A stretch of DNA of 64,000 nt from SAR202 cluster bacterium bin16 (GTDB lineage Bacteria; Chloroflexota; Dehalococcoidia; Lucifugimonadales; Australimonadaceae). The position numbers and the translations under genes were made by a program. Below are positions 1-7,945 of this stretch, in pieces. The notes below the pieces were generated by a model, which ran no database searches, was not told where the DNA came from, and saw only the letters and a list, made by a program, of their open reading frames with translations. Where the stretch lies: the NCBI GenBank assembly GCA_002238425.1, contig MPMJ01000004.1, forward strand, positions 37,454-101,453, read 5' to 3'. Numbering within the stretch: position 1 is the first letter of the stretch; each line of letters starts with the position of its first letter.

Positions 1-934
1 GCACGCCCTCGCCGCCCCAGGGGGCTACTTCGAGCGTCGTGGGGTCGATGAGCTGGGTGAAGACCATGTCCTGCCAGAGGTGCATGCCGCTGGCGTGGCG
101 GCAGCCGCCGTTGCTCATCCACGGCGACATCTCGCCTGTCGAGCCGCTGTCGACGATGACGGGGTTGCCGTAGGCCTCCTCAAGCGTGCGGCGCGTGGCG
201 GGGATGGAGCCTCCGGGCTCGCCGGAGAAGAAGAGCGTGCGGAAGCCGAACTCCTTCGGGTCGACGCCCTCCTCGCGGGCGGTCTCGGCGAGGTAGAGGC
301 AGAACGACGGGGTGCCGTAGAAGACGGACGGCTTCGCGGCGAGGCACCAGCGCACGGCCATGCGCGTCTGCCCCGGCGCGCCCGCACCGAACGGGAAGCA
401 CTTCGCACCCATGCGCTCCGCGCCGACGAGCATGCCCCATGCGCCCATGTAGAGGCTGAACGGGGCTGCCATGAACACGGTGTCGCTGGGCCGCACGCCG
501 GCGCCCCACTCGACGCGCGCGTGGGCCTCGCCGATACGCTCCCAGTCGCCCTTGCTGATGGCGATGATGGTGGGGATGCCGGTGGTGCCGGACGAGCCGT
601 GGACGCGCAGGATGTTCTGCCAGTCGTCGGCGATGTTGCTGCCGAACGGCGGGTTGGCGAGGAGGTCCTGGCGGAGGTCTTCCTTCGTGATGACGGGGAT
701 CCGCTGGATGTCGTCCAGCGTCCTGAGCTGGTCGGGGTGGAACCCGGCCTCACCCCAGCGCTTCTGGTAGAACGGCGAGCGCTCGTACGCCCACGCCGCC
801 TGCCGCTGGAGTTTGGCCACGATAAGGGCGTCGCGCTCCTGCGGGGGCATCGTCTCCAACGCGGGGTCCCAGTACTCCTGGTCCTCAGGCGGGACGTAGG
901 AGGGGTCGTAGAGGGGCGGCCATTCGAGCGCCAT
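1..934 (-). CDS. Phenylacetate-CoA ligase-like (PaaK / F390 synthetase family) acyl-CoA ligase, 3' end outside window
   Basis: Absent from the ORF track because it runs off the edge. My translation from ATG (932-934, minus) reads MALEWPPLYDPSYVPPEDQEYWDP...RVHGSSGTTGIPTIIAISKGDWERIGEAH...FFSGEPGGSIPATRRTLEEAYG, with the SSGTTG motif and layout of PaaK-type adenylating ligases. The listed 80..1237(+) ORF is its antisense shadow. Confidence 0.8.
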   Translation of the reverse strand, partial: MALEWPPLYDPSYVPPEDQEYWDPALETMPPQERDALIVAKLQRQAAWAYERSPFYQKRWGEAGFHPDQLRTLDDIQRIPVITKEDLRQDLLANPPFGSNIADDWQNILRVHGSSGTTGIPTIIAISKGDWERIGEAHARVEWGAGVRPSDTVFMAAPFSLYMGAWGMLVGAERMGAKCFPFGAGAPGQTRMAVRWCLAAKPSVFYGTPSFCLYLAETAREEGVDPKEFGFRTLFFSGEPGGSIPATRRTLEEAYGNPVIVDSGSTGEMSPWMSNGGCRHASGMHLWQDMVFTQLIDPTTLEVAPWGGEGV

Positions 935-939
935 GAGTC

Positions 940-1350
940 TTACTCTCCGTCGGACAGGCGCTCCTTGATGAACGCCTCGATGTCGCGCAGGCTGGAGCCG
1001 ACGGGGAAGACGCCGTCGATGCCGATCTCCTCGAGCGCTTCGCGGTCGCCGTCGGGGACGGTTCCGCCGAGGAGGATGAGCGTTTCGCCGCGCATCTCGC
1101 GCTCGTCGACGACCTTCATCAGGCGGGTCATGAGCGGCTTGTGCGCACCGGAGAGGAGCGAGATGCCGATGACGTCGGCGTCCTCCCGCTGGGCGCGGTC
1201 GACGACCTGCTCGGGAGTGACGCGCATGCCCATGTAGACGACGTCCATGCCGGCCTTCTCGAGCGCCTTGGCGATGACCTTGATGCCGCGGTCGTGGCCG
1301 TCGAGGCCGAGTTTGGCGAGGATGACTTTGGTGGGTTTGGGTGTCGTCAT
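940..1350 (-). CDS. Cobalamin-binding small subunit of a split acyl-CoA mutase
   Basis: ORF 940..1515 trimmed to the internal ATG at 1348-1350 (MTTPKPTKVILAKLGLDGHDRGIKVIAKAL...). It carries the DxHxxG B12-binding motif (LDGHDRG) and the typical B12-binding domain. The 55 upstream codons lie in repeat DNA. Confidence 0.85.
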   Translation of the reverse strand: MTTPKPTKVILAKLGLDGHDRGIKVIAKALEKAGMDVVYMGMRVTPEQVVDRAQREDADVIGISLLSGAHKPLMTRLMKVVDEREMRGETLILLGGTVPDGDREALEEIGIDGVFPVGSSLRDIEAFIKERLSDGE

Positions 1351-1442
1351 GGGGAACAACTCACATGGATGGACAGGATACGGGTGGATGCTGGCGTCCG
1401 TCACCCCCATCCTAAGGATGCCTCTCAACAAGCGAACGTCCC

Positions 1443-1488
1443 CCGAGAGATGCTTCGACTCCGCTGCACTCCGCTCAGCATGACAAGG
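1443..1488 (+). repeat. Family C repeat, 3' half (..gagagatgcttcgactccgc..ccgctcagcatgacaagg)
   Basis: Same motif recurs at 17420-17462, 22480-22517 and 34729-34762. A partial family A head (cacccccatcctaagg) sits at 1401-1416. Confidence 0.7.
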
Positions 1489-1506
1489 CCGGACACCACG
1501 CCTGTT

Positions 1507-1546
1507 CACCCCCATCCTAACCTTCCCCCATCGAGGGGGAAGGGAC
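1507..1546 (+). repeat. Family A REP-like hairpin repeat (cacccccatcctaRccttcccccatcRagggggaaggga)
   Basis: One of four near-identical copies (1507, 10096, 12697, 22333). It has a 9-bp stem ccttccccc/gggggaagg with a 5-nt loop. Confidence 0.85.
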
Positions 1547-1550
1547 CGGG

Positions 1551-3257
1551 CTAGAAGATGCCTGGGTCCTCGTGGTCGCCGAAGACGTCTCGGAGGGCGC
1601 CCATGATCTCGCCCTCGGTGGCGTCGGCGCGGGAGGCGTCGAGGATGAAGGGCATCGTGTTGTCGGCGCCGCGCGCGGCCTGCCGCAGGGCTTCGAGGGC
1701 GGCCTCGGTGCGGGCGGCGTCGCGTTCGTGGATGACGGCTTCGAGGCGGGCTATCTGTCGCTCCTCCTCGTCGTCGTCGTGCTCGTAGAGCTCGGGCGGC
1801 GGGACGGAGTCCTCCTCGTGCTCGTTGAGGCCGAGCACCTTGTACTCGTGCTCCTCGATGCGCTCCTGGTAGTCGTAGGCGGCTTCGGAGATCTCGCGCT
1901 CGATGTAGCCGTTCTCGATGGCGGCGAACATGCCGGCGAGCACGCCCTCGCCGCCGCCCATGTCCTCGATGGTGCGGATGTAGGCGAGCGCCTCCTCCTC
2001 GATCTCGTTGGTGAGCTTCTCGATGAAGAACGAGCCGCCGAGCGGGTCGATGGTGTTTGCGACGCCGGTCTCGTTGCCGATGATGCGCTGCGTGTTGAGC
2101 GACATCCGCATCGCGTCCTCGGACGGGATGTCATGCGCCTCGTCGTAGCCGCTCACGTGGAGCGATTGCGTGCCGCCGAGGACGGCGGCCATCGCCTGCG
2201 TCGTGCCGCGTATCAGGTTGTTGAGCGCGCCCTCGCGGATCAGGGTCGAGCCGAGCGTCTGCGAGTGGAAGCGGCAGAGCATCGCGCGGGGGTCGGTTGC
2301 GCCGTAGCGCTCCTTCATGATGCGCGCCCAGAGGCGCCGGGCCGCGCGGAGCTTGGCGACCTCCTCGAAAAAGTCCATGTGGACGCCGAAGAAGAACGAG
2401 AGGCGCGGGCCGAACTCGTCGGGCGTGAGGCCGCGTTGCAGTCCGCCCTCGACGTAGGCCATGCCCTGCGCGAGCGTGAAGCCGACCTCCTGGCCGGCGG
2501 TCGAGCCTGCCTCGCGGGTGTGGTAGCCGGAGATAGAGATCGTGTTCCAGTTCGGCACGTTGCGGGTGCAGAACTCGACCACGTCCATCGTCATGCGGTA
2601 CGCGCCGCGCGGGGGCAGGGCGAACGTCTTCTGTCCGTGGAACTCCTTGAGGGAGTCGTTCTGCACGGTGCCGCGCAGCGTCTCCCACGGAACGCCGACC
2701 TTCTCGGCGTGCGCCAGCAGGAACGAGAGCAGCACGATGGCCGGGTGGTTGATGGTGAGCGAGATGCTGACCTTGTCGATGGGGATGTCGTCGAAGAGGT
2801 CGGACATGTCGCGCGCGGTGTCTATGGCGACGCCGAGCCTGCCGACCTCGCCCTCGGAGAGGGGGTGGAGGGAGTCGTAGCCGGTCAGGGTAGGGTGGTC
2901 GAAGTCGGTGGAGAGGCCGGTCTGCCCGTGGGCGAGGAGGTACTTGTAGCGCTCGTTCGTGGACTTGGCCGTGCCGAAGCCGGCTATCTGGCGGCGCGTC
3001 CACTGCCGGGCGCGGTACATGGTGGGGTAGACGCCGCGCGTGAATGGGTAGGCGCCGGGGAAGCCGATGTCGGAGGCGTAGTCGAGATCGGGGGCGTCGG
3101 CGGGGGTGTAGATGCGGTCGATCTCACGGCCCGATACGGTGAGGAAGCGCTCCTGGGACTCGGGGGCGCGCTCGAGCGTCTTGCGCAACTCGTCGTGCTC
3201 CCACGCGAGTTCGGCTTCCTGGGCTTTCTTCGTGGCTTTCGGGTCGTAGAGCGTCAT
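1551..3257 (-). CDS. Acyl-CoA mutase large (substrate-binding TIM-barrel) subunit, HcmA/IcmA-like
   Basis: ORF 1551..3347 trimmed to ATG 3255-3257 (MTLYDPKATKK...). Carries methylmalonyl-CoA mutase family motifs FTRGVYPTMYRARQWTRRQIAGFGT, GLSTDFDHPT and SISGYHTREAGST. Confidence 0.9.
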   Translation of the reverse strand: MTLYDPKATKKAQEAELAWEHDELRKTLERAPESQERFLTVSGREIDRIYTPADAPDLDYASDIGFPGAYPFTRGVYPTMYRARQWTRRQIAGFGTAKSTNERYKYLLAHGQTGLSTDFDHPTLTGYDSLHPLSEGEVGRLGVAIDTARDMSDLFDDIPIDKVSISLTINHPAIVLLSFLLAHAEKVGVPWETLRGTVQNDSLKEFHGQKTFALPPRGAYRMTMDVVEFCTRNVPNWNTISISGYHTREAGSTAGQEVGFTLAQGMAYVEGGLQRGLTPDEFGPRLSFFFGVHMDFFEEVAKLRAARRLWARIMKERYGATDPRAMLCRFHSQTLGSTLIREGALNNLIRGTTQAMAAVLGGTQSLHVSGYDEAHDIPSEDAMRMSLNTQRIIGNETGVANTIDPLGGSFFIEKLTNEIEEEALAYIRTIEDMGGGEGVLAGMFAAIENGYIEREISEAAYDYQERIEEHEYKVLGLNEHEEDSVPPPELYEHDDDEEERQIARLEAVIHERDAARTEAALEALRQAARGADNTMPFILDASRADATEGEIMGALRDVFGDHEDPGIF

Positions 3258-3324
3258 GGCGTGAACCGTCCGGCGGCAAGTATACGGCAGTGGGAGTGCG
3301 CGGGGGCCTGCTACAGTCAACCGG

Positions 3325-3702
3325 TCAGTTGTGGCCGGTTTCCTCAATGACCACGGCCCCGTCCACTTCTACGTCCAGGGTCACCCTGCTGCCCACGAGG
3401 AGATTCATCCCGAGCAGGGCTTCATTGCCCGATTCCAATGCCGTAACGCTCAGCGGTTGATCGTGCCATAGCGCCGTGGCCTCGTAGCCGTTCAGGTACA
3501 CTTCCTGGCCATTGGCCAACGTCGCTTTGAAAACCGTTCCCCGTGTGAGGCCCAAGCGCCGTATCGTCGCAGGCGGCAGGGCCAAGTCCCCATTGAAGCC
3601 GGTGTCCAGCACAACTTCGACCGGCTGGTATTGTCCTTCTCGGCTCATTATCAGGACCGGGACTACAGGTTTGAGCGCGGCACTGATTCTGCCTTCGAAC
3701 AC
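3325..3702 (-). CDS. Retropepsin-like (clan AA) aspartic protease
   Basis: 125-aa ORF with the catalytic-type VLDTGFNGDLALP (DTG) motif and a size typical of bacterial single-domain retropepsins. Confidence 0.75.
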   Translation of the reverse strand: MFEGRISAALKPVVPVLIMSREGQYQPVEVVLDTGFNGDLALPPATIRRLGLTRGTVFKATLANGQEVYLNGYEATALWHDQPLSVTALESGNEALLGMNLLVGSRVTLDVEVDGAVVIEETGHN

Positions 3703-3719
3703 TACCCGCCCTCACCCTG

Positions 3720-3965
3720 TCAACCCAGACTGTAGGCTGCGCTGTGGCCCACGCGGACGCCGTAGCTGACTGCGCCGGGCCGGCGCTCGCGCAGCCGTGC
3801 GGAGGCGGCCAGAACCTCTGCGTCGATCTCGTAATCCCCGCTATCGACGTCGATCACTACGAACTTCCCCGTCTGCGCTGGCTCCACCAGGGGCCGTATC
3901 TTCTCCCGGTAGATGGCTTCCCCACGGACGCCAATCTCCTCCGGTCTGCTGCGTCTCGGTGGCAT
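3720..3965 (-). CDS. Small conserved partner protein of retropepsin-like protease (function unknown)
   Basis: 81-aa ORF ending 17 nt upstream of the protease gene on the same strand (..GKFVVIDVDSGDYEIDAEVLAASARLRERRPGAVSYGVRVGHSAAYSLG). The arrangement suggests a two-gene module. Confidence 0.6.
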   Translation of the reverse strand: MPPRRSRPEEIGVRGEAIYREKIRPLVEPAQTGKFVVIDVDSGDYEIDAEVLAASARLRERRPGAVSYGVRVGHSAAYSLG

Positions 3966-4235
3966 TGTCAGCCTCCTCCATCGCGGGGTCCTTCTCGCGG
4001 CTGCGGAGACTATCGTAAGGGCGGACCGACCGCGAGTCTACCGGCCATACCCGCCGTCGCCAGGTTCTCCTCGATGGCCACGTCGAGCCGCGCTGCCTCG
4101 GCCGGCTGCTCGCGCCATTGCGCGGCCAGGCACTCTACCTTCCGGGGAACGGTTGCTCCCGCCGCTCCAAACCCCCATTATTCCTCGCGTATCATTGCCG
4201 GACGCGCTCTCACTCTAAGCGCGGAAGGAGTCCCC

Positions 4236-4751
4236 ATGCTGCGCAGCCTCGGCGGGAAGAGCCCGCAGGTCCATCCCACCGCGTTCGTCAGCGAGTTCGC
4301 ATACGTCGTTGGCGACGTCCGCATCGGCGCGTATGCGTCCATCTGGCCGGGGGTCGTGCTTCGCTCCGACCGCGGCACGATGACCATCGGCGAGGGCACC
4401 AACATCCAGGACGGCTCCATCTGCCACGCCGACGGCGACCTCACGATCGGCGACTACGTGACGCTCGGGCACGCGGTCGTGTGTCACGCGGAGACGGTGG
4501 GCGATCACTGCCTGCTGGGGAACAACTGCACGCTCAACGACAAGTCGAACGTGGGGTCGTGGTGCATCGTCGCCGCGGGCGCGGTGCTGCTGGAGGGGCG
4601 CAACGTGCCGGACCGCTCCATCGCCGCGGGCGTGCCGGCGAAGGTGCTCGGCCCGCTCACCGACAAGCACTACGAACTCGTGCAGATGAACGCGGACGAG
4701 TACGTGAAGTTGGGGCAGGAGTACAAGTCGGAGGGGACGTTGGAGGGGTAG
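4236..4751 (+). CDS. Gamma-carbonic-anhydrase-like hexapeptide-repeat (LbH) protein
   Basis: In-frame ATG at 4236 preceded by ggaaggag. Sequence MLRSLGGKSPQVHPTAFVSEFAYVVGDVRIG...IGEGTNIQDGSICHADGD shows the left-handed beta-helix repeats and His ligand pattern of the gamma-CA/YrdA family. Confidence 0.85.
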   Translation: MLRSLGGKSPQVHPTAFVSEFAYVVGDVRIGAYASIWPGVVLRSDRGTMTIGEGTNIQDGSICHADGDLTIGDYVTLGHAVVCHAETVGDHCLLGNNCTLNDKSNVGSWCIVAAGAVLLEGRNVPDRSIAAGVPAKVLGPLTDKHYELVQMNADEYVKLGQEYKSEGTLEG

Positions 4752-4795
4752 GGGGTGGGAGCTCTCCGGTGTACACTAAGGCACGGAGGCTGCGA

Positions 4796-5062
4796 ATGAA
4801 CGCCGAATACGTTCAATACAAGGTCTGTCTTACGTGGGACGAGGAAACGAGCCAGATGGACGCCGCCGTTCCCACGCTCGGAATCGGCGACTGCGGCCCT
4901 GACACAAACGCCGCCCTCGACAACCTGCGCCAGATGGTCTCCTTCCACGTCGAGTGCTTACTGGACGAGGGCGAGCAATTGCCTGAGTCGGACGAAGGCG
5001 AGGGCGTGTACATCCGCGTGCAGGTTCCCGTTCGTGCCGCTCAGGCCGCTCCCACCGCGTGA
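4796..5062 (+). CDS. hicB: HicB-family antitoxin (UPF0150-like)
   Basis: In-frame ATG at 4796. Sequence MNAEYVQYKVCLTWDEETSQMDAAVPTLGIGDCGPDTNAALDNLRQMVSFHVECLLDEGEQLPE matches the HicB N-terminal fold pattern. It overlaps the hicA start. Confidence 0.75.
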   Translation: MNAEYVQYKVCLTWDEETSQMDAAVPTLGIGDCGPDTNAALDNLRQMVSFHVECLLDEGEQLPESDEGEGVYIRVQVPVRAAQAAPTA

Positions 5063-5264
5063 GGCGCTGCGCCGCCTCCGTCGCGCAGGTTTCGTGGAAG
5101 TCCGTCAGCGCGGCAGCCATGTACGGCTGCGCCACATGAACGGGAGGAGGGTGACAGTGGCCGTGCATCCGCGCGACCTGACGCCCCTAAGGATTCGCGA
5201 CATACTCCGGCAGGCCGGGTCTCACCGAGGAAGAGTGGGACAGGCTGTGAGAGGCTACGCGTAA
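5034..5264 (+). CDS. hicA: HicA-family mRNA-interferase toxin (3' end frame ambiguous)
   Basis: GTG start. LRRLRRAGFVEVRQRGSHVRLRH..VTVAVHPRDLTPLRIRDILRQAG is the YcfA/HicA signature (GSH). The alternative +1 frame from 5221 encodes a canonical LTEEEWDRL-stop tail ending at 5250. Confidence 0.7.
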   Translation: MPLRPLPPREALRRLRRAGFVEVRQRGSHVRLRHMNGRRVTVAVHPRDLTPLRIRDILRQAGSHRGRVGQAVRGYA

Positions 5265-6331
5265 CGCGCGGCGGTTGCCTTCAGGGTGTCGGCGTGGGCG
5301 AATATCTCGTCCACGCTGTCGATGGGTAAGCGCGTCTCCTTCTTGTCCGCATCAAAGACGCCAAGATACTTCTGCTTCTTATCGAACCAGAACCGGCAGA
5401 CCGGCTTGCGCTGGTTGTCGTCGAGCATGATGGTGCACGCCCGTTTGGTGTCGCGTAGCGTAACCCGCTGAGGGTCAACCGAAGCATGGAGGATTGCCTT
5501 GACGGCGTAGAACCCGTTGAGTTCGGATTCGGTGGTGACGACTTCGTCTTCGGAATCCTCTGGCGTAGGCATTGAGTCTGAACCATCGGCAAGTTCGGTA
5601 GCCGTAGGGTCTCCCTGGGCCAGGGCAGTATTCAAGGTTCCGCGGAGCTCATCGCGAATCAGTTGACGAGCAGCACGTCTGGTCATCGCTGTGAACTGCT
5701 CAAGCTTGGCCTTGGTCTTTAGCCCCGTGTAGACGCGGCCCATGAGTAGCTTCACTAACTCCTCAGAGGGGTTGGTGACCTCCTGTTGTAGTTCGCTCTT
5801 GATAGCCCGCGTGTACTTCAGTTCGTTTGCTGACGCCCGAATCGCTTGGGGGTTGAACTCTGACTTGACGAACTTAGCGACCTCTTCCACAGGCGCAGAA
5901 TCAGAGTCGAGAAGGTCGAGGATCAGGAAAGGACGGTGATCCATGATGTTGTCCTTCTCCAGATCCGAGTAGAAGAGGTACTTGATACCGTCTGTGTAGA
6001 TGCCGAACTGGGCGGAGGGAGTCGTAGTGAAATAGCGATACAGTTGGCTTGGCTCCTCCTCGTGGAGGCGGGAGCCCGCCTTCTTGGCCTCAATGAGTAT
6101 GAGAGGCTCACCATCGCGGAAGATGGCGTAGTCCACCTTCTCTCCCCTCTTTACCCCTACGTCTGCGGTGTATTCGGGCACTACTTCAGTGAGGTCGGTC
6201 GTGTCGTACCCCAGGACTTCCCTGATGAACGGGTTGATGAGGGCAAGCTTGGTCGCCTCTTCGGTCTGTATGTGAGGCAGCTGCTGTTGTGCCTTGTCCG
6301 CGAGGTCTCGAACGCGGGCGGTGATGTCCAT
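5255..6331 (-). CDS. HsdR_N-type (PD-(D/E)xK) restriction-endonuclease-like protein
   Basis: N-terminus EEATKLALINPFIREVLGYD...KVDYAIFRDGEPLILIEAKK matches the type I restriction enzyme R N-terminal nuclease-domain pattern. The gene is visibly more A/T-rich than its neighbours. Confidence 0.7.
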   Translation of the reverse strand: MDITARVRDLADKAQQQLPHIQTEEATKLALINPFIREVLGYDTTDLTEVVPEYTADVGVKRGEKVDYAIFRDGEPLILIEAKKAGSRLHEEEPSQLYRYFTTTPSAQFGIYTDGIKYLFYSDLEKDNIMDHRPFLILDLLDSDSAPVEEVAKFVKSEFNPQAIRASANELKYTRAIKSELQQEVTNPSEELVKLLMGRVYTGLKTKAKLEQFTAMTRRAARQLIRDELRGTLNTALAQGDPTATELADGSDSMPTPEDSEDEVVTTESELNGFYAVKAILHASVDPQRVTLRDTKRACTIMLDDNQRKPVCRFWFDKKQKYLGVFDADKKETRLPIDSVDEIFAHADTLKATAARYA

Positions 6332-6445
6332 GCGAAAGCTCCGTGCGGGGTGTCGTCCAGGCGGGATTCTAGCATAGCTTCCTCTGCCATCCGCTCCTAC
6401 GACCAGCCCCCGACTGCGGCCCTGTGCACGCTGCCCGCGCGCTCT

Positions 6446-6513
6446 GGATTCCCGCCGGTGCGGGAATGACGGGGGAACGGGCTGCGAGGTTCCTGCCTGC
6501 GCAGGAACGACGG
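6446..6513. repeat. Family D hairpin repeats, two copies (attcccgc-cggt-gcgggaatgacgg; ggttcctgc-ctgc-gcaggaacgacgg)
   Basis: Related copies occur at 18062-18140 (inside mutS), 57489-57514 and 60451-60476. Confidence 0.75.
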
Positions 6514-6687
6514 GCCACCGGCGCTTGTGAAACGGCGCACAGACGGTTGTCGGGATGACCCGCTAACGCCTATAATCGCTGCGGCGGTTCCGGTTGGGGC
6601 CGCCGCTTTGGACGCACCCCTGCGCGCCCGCGCTGCCCTGTTTGTGAAACGCCGCAGTGCGCCGCGCCCGCCTGAGAGGAGGCACCG

Positions 6688-7803
6688 ATGGCCAACCTGC
6701 GCCTGCCCGGACCCACGCCCGTCCCGCCGGACGTCTACAAGGCGATGAGCAAGGAGATGATCGACCATCGCGGCGTCGAGTTCGCCGAGATGCTGCGACG
6801 CACAACCGCCAATCTCAAGCGCGCCTTCCAGACCGAGAACGACCTGTACGTCCTCACGTCGTCCGGCACCGGAGCGATGGAGGCCGCCGTCGTCAACACG
6901 CTCTCGCCCGGCGAGCGCGTCCTCGGCGTGACCATCGGCAACTTCGGCGACCGCTTCCTCAAGATCGCGTCGGCGTACGGCGCGAGTGTCAACGAGCTGA
7001 AGTTCCCGGACGGCGACGTGGCCATCCCTGAGCAGATACGGCAGGCGCTGAAGGACGACCCGGACGTGACGACGGTGCTCGTCACGCACAACGAGACGTC
7101 CACCGGCATCACGAACGACCTCGAGACCATCGCGGGCATCGTGAAGGGCGAGTTCGACAAGATGATCCTCGTGGACGCCATCTCCTCGATGGGCTCCATC
7201 AAGCTCCCCGTGGACGAGTGGGGGCTGGACGTGGTGGTCGCCGGTTCACAGAAGGGATGGATGTGCCCGCCCGGCCTCGCGATGATCAGCTTCAGCGAGC
7301 GCGCCTGGAAGGCTGCCGAGACGTCGAAGATGCCGAAGTTCTACTTCAGCCTCGCCGAGGCGGAGAAGTCGCTGAAGATGGGGCAGACGCCTTGGACGCC
7401 TGCGATCTCGCTGCTGTTCGGCCTCGACTACGCGGTGCAGCAGATGCTCGCCCGCGGCGACATGCAGGCGGTGTACGACTTCCACCAGGAGATCGCTCAG
7501 TACACGCGCGACGGCCTCAAGGCGATGGGCATCGGGCTCGTTGCCAAGGACGAGCGTTTCGCCTCCAACACCGTGACGGCCGCCTGGGTGCCGGAGGGCA
7601 TCACCGACGAGGCGCTGCTCGCGATGTTGCGCGACGAGTACGACATCATCGCGGCGGAGGGCCGCGGCCTGCTCACGGGGCGTGTGTTCCGCATCGGCCA
7701 CATGGGCTACGTGAACCAGGAGGACATCGACGACGTGTTCGGCGCGCTGAAGGATGCGCTGCCGAAGCTCGGGCGCCAGGCGTCGGCGGTGGGGCAGGCG
7801 TGA
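6688..7803 (+). CDS. Class-V aminotransferase (serine-glyoxylate / phosphoserine aminotransferase type)
   Basis: 371-aa ORF with RBS gagaggagg upstream. Shows an AGXT-like pattern (LTSSGTGAMEAAVVN, THNETSTG, VVVAGSQKGWMCPPGL with the PLP lysine in SQKG). It lies directly upstream of serA. Confidence 0.85.
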   Translation: MANLRLPGPTPVPPDVYKAMSKEMIDHRGVEFAEMLRRTTANLKRAFQTENDLYVLTSSGTGAMEAAVVNTLSPGERVLGVTIGNFGDRFLKIASAYGASVNELKFPDGDVAIPEQIRQALKDDPDVTTVLVTHNETSTGITNDLETIAGIVKGEFDKMILVDAISSMGSIKLPVDEWGLDVVVAGSQKGWMCPPGLAMISFSERAWKAAETSKMPKFYFSLAEAEKSLKMGQTPWTPAISLLFGLDYAVQQMLARGDMQAVYDFHQEIAQYTRDGLKAMGIGLVAKDERFASNTVTAAWVPEGITDEALLAMLRDEYDIIAAEGRGLLTGRVFRIGHMGYVNQEDIDDVFGALKDALPKLGRQASAVGQA

Positions 7804-7887
7804 CCGCGGGACGGCGTCTACGACGGGCTCGGCGGTCGAGGTGCAGACTTGCGTAGCAGTTCCCGATCGGGCGCCAGGCCCCTTGGA

Positions 7888-7928
7888 GTACCCTCACCCC
7901 AGCCCTCTCCCCTTGTAGGGAGAGGGGG
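7888..7928 (+). repeat. Family B REP-like hairpin repeat (gtaccctcacccYaRccctctccccttgtagggagagggg)
   Basis: Copies at 7888, 10810 and 15692, plus a variant at 34663. Stem ccctctccc/gggagaggg. Confidence 0.85.
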
Positions 7929-7945
7929 CCGGACCGGAGACCTGC

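Noticed and set aside
80-1237. 385-aa plus-strand ORF, along with similar long ORFs such as 1572..3350(+), 7673..9025(-), 10277..12319(-), 12264..13649(-), 18741..20381(-), 23300..25585(+) and 43844..44605(+).
   Set aside because: All lie antisense to, or out of frame with, genes that have clear family motifs. Their translations are Arg/Gly/Ala/Pro-rich low-complexity strings typical of shadow ORFs in high-GC DNA.
3258-3324. Cobalamin riboswitch upstream of the B12-dependent mutase.
   Set aside because: Only 67 nt of spacer is available and no B12-box-like sequence is visible.
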